A stretch of 64,000 nt of DNA from Naegleria gruberi (GCA_000004985.1 GG738845.1); one strand, 5' to 3'; numbered from the stretch's first letter, positions 10,603 through 23,807 are shown. The notes: generated by a model from the sequence alone, not told the origin. Program-made: numbers and translations.

Positions 10603-13600
10603 ATGTCTGATAGCGAGGAAGAAGTTTTGAAAAACGAATCATCCTCTGAGGCAGCATCAGAAGAGGAAGAAGTTCAAAATCAAGACGATGTCATGGAAGA
10701 ATCAGAAGAAGAGGTTATTACCACTCGTAAAACTAGGGCATCACGAAATGTACGTTAGTAATATTCAAATAATTTAAATTAATATTTCATCGTGATGATG
10801 GTTTCGCTTATTCACAAAATTCCATAATTAAATAGAACTATAAGGAGCCAAGTTCTGAAAGTGAGGAAGAAGAAGTAATACGAGCACCTGTTCGTTCACG
10901 AAGAGGCAGTGCAAGAAAGGTATGTATTGTTGATTATGGGTTTATAACATTGGATCTTTGACCTCTTGTCAACACAACATTAGAATTATAATGAAGACGA
11001 AGCTTACAAAGCATTGGATGATGATGATATGGACGATTCTAACGAAGTAGTTGTCAATAACGACGATGACGAAGAAGCAGAAGTAGAAGCACCAAAAAGA
11101 CAACGTAAAATCAGAAGAAATGTTGATCGGGGCTCAAGAACAAAACAATCAAGCACAATTGGTGCAGGAGACTATGAAATCCCAAAGAGAGACCTCAGAA
11201 CAAGATCCAAGAAGATTGACTACTCTGAGGAAACACAAACCGTTGAAGAACAAGAAGATGAAGTTGTTCCAGAAGAACCTCAAGAAGAGGAGGAACCTTC
11301 TGAAGAGGAAGAAGAAGTTAAACCAAAACGTACAGTCAGAAGAAGAGCAACAACAACAACAAAACCTAAAGCAAGAACTACACGTGGTGGACGTCGTGGT
11401 GCAAAATCCAAAAAGGTTGATTCGGATGATGATGATGTTGTTGTTATGGATGATGATTCTGATGAAGAAGAGAGCTCTTCATCCGAAGAGGAAGGTGAAA
11501 CAACAGAAGAACTCGGTGCTGATGAAGGACCTACCGTTTTTATGGATCAAGATAAAGACGATGTAATAGAATTAATTTTAGCTTGTCGAGTAAAGAAAGA
11601 AGAAGAAGAAATACAAGATGACGAAGAAGAAGGTTCCGAAGAAAAGAAAACTAATAGTGGCGAGGAAACAATAGAATATTTGTGTAAATATAAGAACAAA
11701 TCTTACTTGCACTGCGAGTGGATACCTAGGTACGAGCTGGATGATGATATTCAAACCAGAAACAAAATCAATAGATTCAACAAGCAATATGATGTCAAGT
11801 ATTTTGAAGGATTGGAAGAATATTTCAATCCTGAATTTACAGAAGTAGAGCGTATCATTGATCGTGGTGTTTGGGATGACTCTGAAGTTTATTGTGTAAA
11901 ATGGAAAGGTCTTACATATAGTGAATCAACTTGGGAATTTGAAAATAAGATTGAAGACAAGGAAAAGATTGAGCAATACAAGAGGATTAATAAATTGCCA
12001 ACACCAGAAGATAGAAGAATACCTGCAAGACCAGCTCCTCACAAATTCAAAAAGTTAGAAGAATCACCATCATTTAGAGATGGTAATCAATTGAGAGAAT
12101 ACCAATTAGAAGGTTTGAATTGGTTGGTATTTTGTTGGTATCAGAGAAGAAATTCAATTCTTGCCGACGAAATGGGTCTCGGTAAAACTGTTCAAACAGT
12201 TGCAACACTTGAATATTTGAGAGCTTTTGAACATATTAGAGGTCCATTCATAGTTATTGCACCTCTTTCCACTGTTGAACACTGGAAGAGAGAGTTTGAA
12301 AATTGGACAGATATGAATGTTCTTGTATTCCATGGTAATACTCAATCAAGAGAGGTAATGAAGAATCATGAATTCTTCTTCAAACATCCAAAGACTGGTA
12401 ACTTAATTTATCATCAAAAGACATACAAGTTTAATGTACTCATTACAACTTATGAAATTGTCATGGCTGAATCATCTTACCTTTCAAAGATACCTTGGCA
12501 ATATTTGGTTGTTGATGAAGGTCATAGATTGAAAAATCACAACTCAAAATTGGCACAAATTCTTAAGAATTTTAACGCTGTACACAAACTTTTGCTGACT
12601 GGTACTCCTATTCAAAACAATCTAACAGAATTGTTCTCATTGCTACAATTCTTAGATCCTGAGACTTTTTATGATCTTGATGTTTTCTCAGAGGAATATG
12701 GAAATTTGGGTGAGTCTGGTTCTGAGAAATTGGAAGGACTACATAAGTTAATTTCTCCATACATTCTTAGAAGATTGAAGGAAGATGTAGAAAAGAGTAT
12801 TCCTCCAAAGGAAGAAATTGTCGTTGAAGTTGTCCCAACCTCAATTCAAAAAGCATACGAACAGGCTATTTTCAAGAGAAATAGAGAATTTTTAATGAAG
12901 GGTGTCTCCAAATCACAAAATGTTCCAAAGTTAAACAATGTTCTTATGGAATTGAGAAAAGTTTGTAACCATCCATTCTTGATTAGTGGTGCTGAAGAAA
13001 ACATTACCAGAGGTATGAGTGACGTGGAAGTTAATGAGGCTCTTATTAAATCAAGTAGTAAGATGATTCTTGTAGACAAGCTCTTGAGAAAATTGAGAGA
13101 AGGTGGCCATAAGGTTCTTATTTTCAGTCAAATGGTTCTCGTATTGAACATTCTTGAAGATTACATGAGGTATAGAAACTTTACCTATGTAAGACTCGAT
13201 GGTACCATTAAGGGATCAATCAGACAACAAGCTATTGATAGATTTAATGATCCTAACATTGATACATTTGTATTTTTAGTTTCCACCAAAGCAGGAGGCG
13301 TAGGTATTAACTTGACTTCTGCTGACACTGTCATTATTTATGACAGTGATTGGAATCCTCAAAATGACTTGCAAGCCCAAGCTAGATGTCACAGAATTGG
13401 TCAAACCAAGGAAGTCAAGATTTATCGTCTTCTTACCAAGAATACAAAGGAAAAGGAAATCTTTGAAAGGGCTTCAATGAAGTTAGGTTTAGATAGAGCT
13501 GTTTTGTCATCAAATAATGAATTTGTCCAATCCACTTCCAAGTCTAGTACGCAAAACAAACCAGCACTTGAAAAAGAAGAAATTGAACTTTTACTAAGAC

Positions 13601-16431
13601 ATGGTGCTTATTCTGCTTTCAAGATTGATGATACAGAAGAACAAAAATTGTTGATGGACGAAGATATTGATACCATCATGGAAAGAACAGCAACTATTGT
13701 CAGATATGATCAAGCTAAACCATCAGAATCTAATGGATTTTCTAACTTTTCTAAAGCTACATTCTGCTTCTCTGAAGACATGGAATGGGAAAATTTACTT
13801 CCACGTGAAAAGACAGCTTCAGGTTTGATGAAATTATTGAGTGAAGATTCTTCTTTGGATACTGAAGAACAAAAAAAGGAATATCTCAATGACGTAAAGG
13901 CACTTGTAGATATCAAGATTCATGAAATTGAAAAGTTCAAATATAAGCCAGATGATGAATTGGCAACTCTTCTTACTCAAATGATGTATGCCAGATTGTT
14001 AGATGAAGATCACAAACAACAAGCAAAGGCATGGTTATCAATTCTTGAACAACCAAGGTTGAGAAATGGTTCAACTCGTAATGAAGAGTCTGATCAATCA
14101 GATGACGACTCTAAAGAGACTGTCTCAAAGAAAAAGGCTGGAGGTTGGTATAAGGCTGAAAGACAAAGATTCCAAAAGTCTTTATTGGAAGTTGGTTGGG
14201 GTAAATGGGGAACTATTAGAGAGAACAAACTTCATGCTCATACTATTGAAGATATTCATTCTCTTGCTGAAAGTTTTGTCAGTCAACTTATTACTATGTG
14301 TGATGGCGAAAATGATGTCGACTTCCTCAAGATTTTGTTGCAATCCTCAACAGTGCCTGAAGATAATGACGATTTACCAAGTTCTTCCTTAAAGATTGAG
14401 CTCAAAAACACACCAGCAAGAGCTGGTGATATCTTGAAGGTTCATTTACCTAAAGATGCTGATCTTTCCACTTCAAGTATTGAAATTATTAAGATTGCTC
14501 AACAAGAAGCAAGAGTCTCCAAGAAGAAGAAAGCCAAATCTCAAGCAAGCAGTTCCAAGAGTTCCGGTAAGAACCTTTGCGTTAGATTCTACGAATTGAA
14601 GGAAAAGGATAAGGAAGGTGATGTTTGTGAATTATATGCTCCTGGTGTTGGTGGTGAATATTTTGTAAGGTTGAATTATAACGGACTTTCCAAGGCAAGT
14701 AAATCATTCGAAGTCCAAGGTGTTCATCCAGTATTAGAAGATAAGGAGTGGATTGAACAAGCCAAAAGAGCTGTAAAGACTTGGGTCAAAAAGCTCAAGT
14801 TTAATTTGCGTCTCACAAAGATTCTTGAAGCTTTTACAAAGTTGACCACTGATAATATTCCAAAGGTGGGCATTAAGGCTCCTACAGACTGGTGGGATAG
14901 GGAATGCGATAGGGACTTATTAGTTGGTTTTGATTTATATGGCTATGGTCGCTTTGATGAAATGAAAGAAGACACCTCTCTTTGCTTTAAGGAAAAACAT
15001 GAAGAGCACATGAAAAAGGCAAAGAGTAGAAAGGAAAAGAAGGATGCTGGCTCTTGGCCAACTATTGCTGTGGTTAACAAACGTGCTAACAAACTCATGG
15101 AATTATTAGTTAAGGAAAAGGATATTTCTATTCTTGCAGAACTTAAATCTAATGAAAATGATAATGATGATTTGGCTTTTGAAGAAACTGAAATTTCTGA
15201 ACCAAAAACAATTGTTGACTCTTGGAGTAAGAGAGAAAAGGCAGATATCCAAAGGACACTTATCAACTTTGGTTTATGTCCAGCTGAATCATCTGGTGAG
15301 CCTAACTATGCCAAAATTATTTCATTGGCCAATTTGAGAAAAACTGAAAGTGCTGTAAAGACCTACGTTACTCACTTGGTAAAAGCAGCAAAAATACTTA
15401 ACAATGAAGAAGAAGAGAAGGATACTAAAGAATCCAAGAAGAAAGATTCAAACAAGCCAACAACTGATGATTTGGCTCCAGGTACTGCAAAGAAATTAAT
15501 TCAAAGAATTGATATAATGAATAGTCTTTATACACTTGTTTATCCAAACTGGGATGAATATAAGAGCAAGATGAAATACTTGAAACCAACAGGTTCAGGT
15601 TTACCTAAATGGTGGAAGTCAGAAGCACACGACAAGGAACTTATCAGAGGTATCAAGAAACACGGGTTTGATTTTAAGAAGTTGTTTGAAGATAAGGAGT
15701 TCAAGTTTGGATCAAAGGATTCACCAAGAGAGGGTCTACTCCTTTCACGTATTGAAGAAATTATTTCTTTATTAAGAAAGATTGATGTTCAAGGATCACC
15801 TTCAAAAGCTAAATCGGCTTGGAACTTTACTCCAAAGAAGAAACATGTACTTCTTAAATCACCACCACTCAAGGAAAAGTCTGCTCCAAAAAGAAAAGTC
15901 AAGCGTCAAACAACTCTTGATTTCAAGAATACTGAAGATACAAGCGATCCAATTGAAGATTCAAGTGACAGAGATGAGGACAAGATGCAAGATGATGATG
16001 TTAAGCTATCTAAATCTGAATCCTCAGAACCATCTTCATCACAATCTGACGTGCCAACCATTGTTGAGGATGTTTTGAAGAAGAAGATTCCAAAGAAGAT
16101 CCCAAAGAAGGAAGAATCACAACCAGAAGCCTCCAGCAGTTCTAGCAGTGGAAATGGTACACCACTTAAAAGAAAGAAAGAAGATCATCACGAAGATGAG
16201 GATCATCATACCCCAAGAAGAGGTGAGTATGAGCCAAATGATAAGAAGAGAAAGATGGGTTCCTCTCCAGCAGATCACAAATATTCTCCATCTCACCATA
16301 GAGAAAACAGAGACTACAGAGACCGTGATGATAGAAGAGACAGTAGAGATAGAGAGAGCTATCGTGATGATAGAAGAGACAGTAGAGAGTACAGAAGAGA
16401 CAGGGATGGCAGAGACTATCACAGAAGGTAA
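10603..16431 (+). CDS. CHD1: CHD1-type chromodomain-helicase-DNA-binding chromatin remodeller; 3 exons, introns about 10750..10835 and 10920..10983
   Basis: Two short acidic 5' exons (MSDSEEEV...; NYKEPSSESEEE...) are joined by GTACGT..ATAG and GTATGT..TTAG introns to the large exon. Tandem chromodomains (YLCKYKNKSYLHCEWIP; YCVKWKGLTYSESTWEF). SNF2 ATPase (LADEMGLGKTVQT, DEGHRLKN). Helicase-C (GGVGINLTSADTVIIYDSDWNPQNDLQAQARCHRIGQ). SANT/SLIDE-like region (WYKAERQRFQKSLLEVGWGKWG). RD/RS-rich C-terminal tail. Confidence 0.85.
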
Positions 16432-16470
16432 TAAATTTGAGAATAACTTTTTGAAATTATCAACTAGAAT

Positions 16471-16482
16471 TTTTGGCGGTAA
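16471..16482. promoter_or_regulatory. E2F-like half-site TTTTTGGCGGTAAC, about 35 bp upstream of the LRR gene ATG
   Basis: TTTGGCGG core, same context as the other instances. Confidence 0.25.
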
Positions 16483-16515
16483 CTAAATTTACAAATTTAA
16501 AGCCCATCAAATAAA

Positions 16516-18591
16516 ATGAGTCAAAATAGAAACGAGAGGAGCCTCAATATGACTGGAGGAACAGACAATGTTTATGAAGATATGGAGGAAGGTCATACAG
16601 TATTTGAAGAGGAACATAAATCAAACATTAGCCCTCTTCTAAAAACTCCAATTGCTGAGTACGATGAGGATGAATACAATAAATCACCACCTTCCGAGGC
16701 AGGAACTGAGGATTCGGACTTGATGGACCCACCAAGTGGAAGAAGCTCTCTCAGGGAATTGGATGAAGTGAGGAGTGAGGTTCTTTCCGAATTAGCTGGT
16801 CTTATTAACGCTCGCTTATCATCAAATCAGAGCTTTTCTGCTGAGTTGGAAAAGAGATTAGAATTTGCAAGTAATTCAAAATCTGTTTCTCTACTTCAAC
16901 AAATTAAACAAGAAGAGGAGGAACGACAAAGGAGAAGAAGGAAACAAAATTTACTATTGGAAGATACTGCAAATATTGATGATTTAATTGATAGGGAATT
17001 AGAGGAAGAATTAGCTGCCTTAAATGATCTTTCCAATGAATTGTCAAATACACGTTTGTTTGCAGAATCAATTACTGAGCAAGAAGCTTTCAATTATGAG
17101 ACCCTTCTTGGGAAAACTGATAAAGTTTTTGAGGAAAATTCTCCTGTTTCAAGCGTCAGATCTTCAACGAATGGAGTGGAGACTCCATTTGATCAACAGG
17201 CAGAAGAAAAAGCGGAAGAAGAATATGAGGTCAAAAGAAAGATTGGATCTTCTCATATGAATTCCAGAAGAAAGCAAAGAGACAAATTTCAGACAATTAA
17301 TGGTATTGAGGCATTTTTAGAAAAGTGTGATAATTTTTCATTCTTCAATTTTCCAGTTCTTTCAATTATTGAAAAGTTCAATAATCCTTCACTAGATTTG
17401 AGCCATTTAACTCTTGGAGACAAGGGTGCTCAGGCTATATCCTCCATGTTGAGACTTAATAACGTCATTCAGTCCCTCAACATTTCAGATAACAATATCA
17501 CATCTCAAGGTCTTTATGATTTGGTAAACTCTTTAAAGAGAAACTCTACAATCAAACATCTTGACTTGTCTGACAATAAGCTAGGATTTGTAAATACTTC
17601 ATCTATTGATTTGGATGAACCTCAACCACTCGAGCAGAACGCCTATGTCAATCCATACGAATTAAAAGATTGTGGACAATTACTATTACATTTAATTAGA
17701 AAGAATGAACATTTAGACACAATTAATTTGAATAACTGTCACTTGAATGATAGCCATCTAAAATTACTGACTGAAGGCGTATGTGACAACATCACATTGA
17801 AAGGATTGGATATTTCCTCTAACGATTTTACTGATAGTGCTGGTCCAACTCTGGCAAGTCTCATCATTGGTACAAGAGTTCAAATGTTCAATCTTTCATG
17901 GACTTCGCTTAGACGACAAGGATTGACTCATGTGGCTTCCAGTTTGAGACAAAACAGTTCAATTGTTGATTTGAACTTGGAATGGATTGGATTGAGCAAC
18001 GATCACTGTAAAATGTTAGCTCAATATATAGCAGAGAGTGATATTATTGCTCGTTTCAATATTTCACATAACAGAATAAGTGAGGAGGGATTTTTAGCTA
18101 TTTGCAAGGCTATGGAAATCAATACTTCTCTTATCAAGTTTGAAATTGGTTATAATACGTTGGGTAACACTGCCATGATGGCACTATTCAAGAGTTTGCA
18201 CAAAAATCAAAACAATGTACTAAAACAACTTGATGCAAGGGAAACCCAAATATTTGTAATTGTAAACAAGGAGGCCCTCGAAGCAGAACCTCTAATTGAA
18301 CCAGTTTACAAGATACCAGATAAAGTACCAGAGAAACCTGGTCAATCCAAGCAAAAACCTTCTAATAACAAGAAAGACCAACTGAATACAACAATTCCAC
18401 CTCCAGAACCAGCACAACCTGAACCAACAGGGCCAGTGGAAACACTAAATCAAAGATTGGGAAGAGAAATGTTTGTGGCCTTGAGATATTTGAAAGTAAT
18501 GCACCAGAGAGGAGAGTCTTCACTAGATATCAAACTCAGTAATGACATCGAAAAAGTGTTGGTAAGAGGAAAAAAGACTCAAAACGAATAA
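16516..18591 (+). CDS. leucine-rich-repeat (ribonuclease-inhibitor-like) protein with an acidic, coiled-coil N-terminus
   Basis: RNI-type LRRs (LDLSDNKLG; LDISSNDFTDSAGPTLASLI; LNLEWIGLSNDHCKMLAQYI; FNISHNRISEEGFLAICKAM). N-terminal E/R-rich coiled coil. Confidence 0.6.
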   Translation: MSQNRNERSLNMTGGTDNVYEDMEEGHTVFEEEHKSNISPLLKTPIAEYDEDEYNKSPPSEAGTEDSDLMDPPSGRSSLRELDEVRSEVLSELAGLINARLSSNQSFSAELEKRLEFASNSKSVSLLQQIKQEEEERQRRRRKQNLLLEDTANIDDLIDRELEEELAALNDLSNELSNTRLFAESITEQEAFNYETLLGKTDKVFEENSPVSSVRSSTNGVETPFDQQAEEKAEEEYEVKRKIGSSHMNSRRKQRDKFQTINGIEAFLEKCDNFSFFNFPVLSIIEKFNNPSLDLSHLTLGDKGAQAISSMLRLNNVIQSLNISDNNITSQGLYDLVNSLKRNSTIKHLDLSDNKLGFVNTSSIDLDEPQPLEQNAYVNPYELKDCGQLLLHLIRKNEHLDTINLNNCHLNDSHLKLLTEGVCDNITLKGLDISSNDFTDSAGPTLASLIIGTRVQMFNLSWTSLRRQGLTHVASSLRQNSSIVDLNLEWIGLSNDHCKMLAQYIAESDIIARFNISHNRISEEGFLAICKAMEINTSLIKFEIGYNTLGNTAMMALFKSLHKNQNNVLKQLDARETQIFVIVNKEALEAEPLIEPVYKIPDKVPEKPGQSKQKPSNNKKDQLNTTIPPPEPAQPEPTGPVETLNQRLGREMFVALRYLKVMHQRGESSLDIKLSNDIEKVLVRGKKTQNE

Positions 18592-18609
18592 ACTAAATTT
18601 GTTGTTTAA

Positions 18610-21600
18610 TCAGACTAACATTGAACCTCCACATAAATGCATAATTTCATATAGATCGCAAAGGACTGACTCAAAGTTTGGTCTTTCTTGAGGAATTTGA
18701 TGCCAACATTTTTGCATTAAATTCATATAATTGATAATTCCTTGAAGGGAATACTCGTCCAAGATTCGCTTTTCGTTTGGCTGTATAAACTCTCTTGACC
18801 AATGTTCCAATTGAGCATCATTTATAAATGGAATAGTTGGTCTTTTGCCTTTCACAATTTGAGTAATGACGTTGAAAGCGCTTCCTTCCTCAGTTTCCCT
18901 GAAAAAGTTCATCTTTTTGTGATTGTAAACTGTATATGGGTCTTCCTCAAAGAAGAGTGACCACATTATAATGCCGAAAGAGTAAACATCAAACTTGGAT
19001 GCATTTTTAAATCTATCCTCCCTTGCAAGAGATGACGACATGGAAACTTCTGATTGGATCGAACCTGCAAATGACTCATATGAAAAACCAGACATGTTAC
19101 CAACAAAATCAAAACTAGGTCTGTTATCAACAAAGTTCTCAGGCGGACAATAAAGAAGCGTACCTTTGTTGTAATAAATTAATTGTTTGAATTGTCAATA
19201 ATTGAAACCTACCAATATTAAGGGTCATACTTGTTTGTAAAGTATTATATCCAACCAACTTGGATAATCCAAAGTCGCATATTTTTACAGATCTGTGCTC
19301 ATCCAGGAGAATATTTTGTGGTTTTAAATCTCTGTGAGCAATAATATTTGGTTTCAATGTATGCAGATAATTCATTCCTCTACTCACTTCAACTAGAATA
19401 TTCAGCTTTTCCTTCAAGGTAAGTGTATTCTTTCCAAGTTTACACTCAGAAATAAGTTTATCCAAACTTCCACCTTTCATATATTCAATTACCATATACT
19501 TTTGGTTTGGATTTGGCACACAAAACCCAAATAATGTAACTATGCAGAATGAGGATACTATTTAAAATGTGATTCACTTACCAATATTTGGATGAGATAA
19601 ACTCATTAACAATGTTGCTTCCTTTTCAAATTCGTCATCATCATCTATTCCATCCTTCTTAATACTTTTAATAGCTACTTCCTTATTATTCCATTTGGCT
19701 TGATAGACCGTTCCCTGGCCTCCTTCACCAATCTTTTTAATAATCTTTATATCATCTGTTGAAATAATGAAAGTTTTTGGAGTTCTTGGGGACTCATCAT
19801 TTTCAAATATGATTCTCTTATCAAGAAGAACTTGTTCCATTTCCTTATCAGCTTGTTTTCTTCTTTTAAGCAATTGAGATTTATACCTTGCAAAGCATAT
19901 AAAAATAACTGCTATTAATGAAATTCCAGCAATAAAAGAGGAAAGAACTGAAGCAATCGGTATCCAATACCAAATATTGACGCACCCTGCTGCATCAAAT
20001 ATATACAAAGAAGGGCAATCAGTAACAATGACTTGAATTTTAGAATTAGCTCTCTGAAATTTTAAGGAAAGGGTGAATTTTTCAAAAGATTCTAACTTTT
20101 CATGAGAAAATATTGTAAACTCCATTCTTATTCCAGATTCACTTGCTTTTCCAGTTCGTAGCAAGTATTTAGAATTATCTGTTGAAATGGAGAGTAATCC
20201 ATTTGGTCCTTTAATTTTCTTACCATACACGTCGAGTGGATCTATGACTATGACCAAAGTTTGACCCAAATATGGAGATATCATCTTTTTTTCATCCATT
20301 TTCTCACCTGATATGGCGTCAAAGACTTGAAAATCAAATTTGAAACAAGGAGAAGAAACATCCTCATTCTCAAATAATGTGTCAGACCTGTTGGAATTTT
20401 TGAATATTGACTTGGGATTGGGAGACTCAGTGTATCCAATATTTCCCAATAATGCACTGTTATTGATAAACTCACAAGAATCCAGAAATGCAACAATAGC
20501 AAATTTTGCACCTTCACCCACATATACCACACCTCCTCTTTCTGCCACATTGTTCTCGAATATACTAGCAGTAAAACTTGCACCACCAACAATAAAAGCA
20601 ACACCTCCATAAGTGGTTGGGCTACCATTACCTATGAATTTGCTATTTTTCACATCCAAGAAGCTCTTTGTTTGATCTTGTTTAAACAATATTGCACTTC
20701 CTTCAGGTGCATTATTATAGTAAAAGTTACAATTTCTTATGCTAACCTTGTTATTGGTGAGGAAATTCAGCGCACCACCTTTACAATTTTCAAAAGTAGT
20801 GTTTAAAATGGCATGGTATTGTGATCCACTAAATGGCTTTAATGAACTTGAGGAAGCATCGTTATAATTAATGGCTCCAAGATTTGAAACAATATTTGAA
20901 AATATCGAATTTGATATCTCAAAATCGAAAATATCTCCAATTTTTAAGCAGTTTGCAGAAATATTGTAAAAATAACAATTTTTAACCTGTAGAGATTTTA
21001 CAGAAATAGCCATAATAAGAGTATCTGAAATTGATTCATGGAAGGTAAGACTATCAAGTGAAATACCCATCAATGAAGATGTGTATAAAAAAGGTGAATC
21101 AATCTTTAGACTGCAATTTTTGATGCTAACATAAACTGAAAATGAAATATGAAAAAGTGGATAAGGGATTAAGGAATTTTCTCTATCAGATCCCACATTA
21201 TCCATAGCTATATTTCTTGCTTGAGTAATGGAAATAAATGAATTATCAAGAGTAACCGTATTATGAAATACAATTTCATCTATCAATTCAATATATAAAA
21301 TGAATCGAATATCGGAATCTTCCCAAACAAGACTTCTAGAATTGGTAAAAAGGCATTCATTATAAGGGTAATAAATTCTATCAAATTTAAAACCAGTAAG
21401 GAAAATGGTATCGTATTGTGAAATCATAATTAGATTAGGAATCATATGAGATATATTTTTCATGTAAAAAGAAGTTGATTTACGAGGTTTCACTGGATCT
21501 GTCCTTTTTTCATCAGTAAATTCACCAAATATTAAAGAGGAAGCACTGTTGAATATACAATTTTCCATAATAACATTTGGTGAGTGAGATAGTTGAATTT

Positions 21601-22063
21601 TTGCATTTGTAAAGATTATATTCCTTGCCTCAAATGATGCAATACTTGGAGAATCAGGCAGTATGGAGGTCGTATAATCCTCACAACCAATCAGTCCATT
21701 AGGGTTTAGAGAATTTTCCAAAACAATTATATACGACAGATTGTCATTTTCAAATAAATTGGGAGGTGCACATTGAGAAACACTTTGTACTCTTAATATT
21801 ATCGTAAGTGTTGTAGTTTCATTGAAATATGTCGCATTAAGACTTTGATACAAATGATCCATAGCAGAAGGAATGCTTGGGCATAAATATAACGAATTTA
21901 ACCCATCTGAGCATTGATTGTAGTTTGAATCCAAATTATAAGAAAATGTTATTTTCTGCAATGCCGATATTCGACTGGCTACATTCAACATCATCCATAC
22001 CATGACTATTATCATGTACTGCAGCTGTTGCTGACTATATCGTGTTGTAGTAGCCTTAATCAT
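18610..22063 (-). CDS. receptor-type Ser/Thr protein kinase: signal peptide, parallel beta-helix (PbH1/pectin-lyase-like) ectodomain, one TM, cytoplasmic kinase. At least 3 exons (introns about 19540..19581 and about 19164..19212; the 3' structure is uncertain).
   Basis: Ectodomain has repeated NxxFxxNxAxxGGAI beta-helix motifs. TM is WIPIASVLSSFIAGISLIAVIFICF. Kinase has GEGGQGTVY..VAIK in exon 1. A 42-nt GTAAGT..GCATAG intron gives HPNI-V-TLFGFC. HRDLKPQNILLD and DFGLSK are in exon 2. A GTAGGT donor after MTLNIG reaches GTLLYCPPE. DVYSFGIIMWSLF and CWHQIPQERP are in the last exon. There is an unusually long insert between the APE-like and DVYSFG motifs. Confidence 0.65.
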
Positions 22064-22614
22064 TCTAACAATAACAATAATTTAAATAATAATATAATTA
22101 TAATATATACAACGGTTGATTTGATGAGAGTATACACAAGATAATGATTGGAATTGTATCAATTTGAGAGGGTTTGATGAAGGTTGAATTTTGAGGTTTC
22201 TTCCCTCAATTTGCCTCAAAGAATCTTAAGATTTTTTTAAGATGATGAAAAATGAGGGTTCCTTTTTTACTACCAACTCGTTATCCACACCTTCACTACC
22301 TTATTGTGCATAACAGTAATAACTTTGGAGAAATGGAGCAGTGTAAGGATTGATAGTATTCAAGTTGAGTGGTTTGGTATGAATGGTTTAAGTTAGTGAA
22401 AGAGTTGATTTCAAAAAGGATGACCTTAATATGGTGCTTATTTCCTATAGATTTGAACTGAAACTTCAATCGCTGAATTGAAAATTTCAATTCTTCGATT
22501 CTGAAGGTACCCCCTATGCACAAAACAGAATCTTTTTGGAAGATAGATTTTGTAGATGTTGGTGTGACCAATTATTTTAATTTATAATATTATGAAGAAT
22601 GGACCTCCTAAAAT

Positions 22615-23790
22615 TTATGACGCAGTGGTGGTTGAAGATAAATAGGCTTGTTGGGTTTTTTGTAGGTTTTGGGAATGATAGAACCCTCCTCCCATATACA
22701 TGTTAATTTTACCTTGCACATCTATTCCAATATAGATATTTCTTGCTAACAAGTCCAATAATTGAATAAAATTTGGATTATTTCCAATGTAGATTTGTGT
22801 TTGGAATGAGAATGAATCGAATCCACATAGGTCTTGCTTACAAATCAATCCACTTATCATTGTTTGATTTTCAAATGTGTAGGATATGGGTGTTTCTATA
22901 TCATATTTTAAATGTTTAATACTGTCGAATAGCTTGATGTTTAACAATATTGAACTAATTTGGGTTGGAATCAAACTAGGGTTAAATCCTGATAGTACAA
23001 TGTTAAATCCAACAGTTCTATCTATGAATGGTAATTGATAAATTTGAATCTCTTCAATATAAATATAAGGTTGTAAAAATAATAAATTATACAGTAATGT
23101 TGTAATGAATAGTAATATTAAAATAATAACACTGGTGCTTGTCAAACAAAAAGACCATTTCCACTTTCGTATTTGTGAAACTTGTTTTAAAAGTGTATTT
23201 GTAGAATGTGATTCGTATTGTTTTCCTTCATATTCATCAGCCAGTGTCGTAATATGTCTATTAGTAATACGTTGCAACAAGGCTTGATTATCAAAATCAA
23301 TATTGCCATAATTATTCGGAATTTGATAATAATATTCTTGCTCCTGATCATTGTTATTAGGTGATAGAGGTCTAGTATTTGGTTCACTTGAATGTGTTGA
23401 TGAGGAATTTTGTTGTTGCTGTGGAGATTTAGATCTCATCATATTGGACAACATACTCGCTGATGATGATGCAATATTATTTTGATTCATCACTCCTCCT
23501 AAAGATGATCCACCTCCACTAACAACCTGTTGTTGTTGTTGTGTATTATTATGAGCAAAATAGAGAAAATCTTCATTGTCGGAATCATTAGAGTCATTAT
23601 CTTGATCGACAATATTGGCCAATGATTGCCGATTTATTGTTGTTTGTGTAGTGTTTAAAGATTGTTGATAGGATGATAGTGATGGCTGAAAGGAATTAAT
23701 TGATGATGCCATCGGGTTGTGTTGTTGATTCATTTTTTGTTTCTTTTTGATTTTTAAATGAAAGATATTTAAAGGAGAACTAAATAACAA
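22615..23790 (-). CDS. hypothetical type-II membrane protein with a Q/N/S-rich N-terminal region
   Basis: Long ORF with a single TM (SVIILILLFITTLLYNLLFL). No family recognised. The probable start is the internal Met MNQQHNPMASS. Confidence 0.4.
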   Translation of the reverse strand: MLFSSPLNIFHLKIKKKQKMNQQHNPMASSINSFQPSLSSYQQSLNTTQTTINRQSLANIVDQDNDSNDSDNEDFLYFAHNNTQQQQQVVSGGGSSLGGVMNQNNIASSSASMLSNMMRSKSPQQQQNSSSTHSSEPNTRPLSPNNNDQEQEYYYQIPNNYGNIDFDNQALLQRITNRHITTLADEYEGKQYESHSTNTLLKQVSQIRKWKWSFCLTSTSVIILILLFITTLLYNLLFLQPYIYIEEIQIYQLPFIDRTVGFNIVLSGFNPSLIPTQISSILLNIKLFDSIKHLKYDIETPISYTFENQTMISGLICKQDLCGFDSFSFQTQIYIGNNPNFIQLLDLLARNIYIGIDVQGKINMYMGGGFYHSQNLQKTQQAYLSSTTTAS

Positions 23791-23807
23791 AATGAATAAT
23801 CAAATGA

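Noticed and set aside
11120-11566. 148-aa K/Q-rich ORF in the +2 frame inside the CHD1 N-terminus
   Set aside because: It is an alternative frame of the acidic GAA/GAT-rich region. The CHD1 frame is supported by splice continuity and domains.
16117-16486. ORFs overlapping the CHD1 3' end (101 aa minus strand, 112 aa plus strand)
   Set aside because: They are alternative frames of the AGA/GAT repeat encoding the RD-rich tail. No independent support.
22296-22571. 91-aa minus-strand ORF between the kinase gene and gene 22615
   Set aside because: No domain and a weak start context. It lies in the promoter region of the kinase gene. Probably non-coding.
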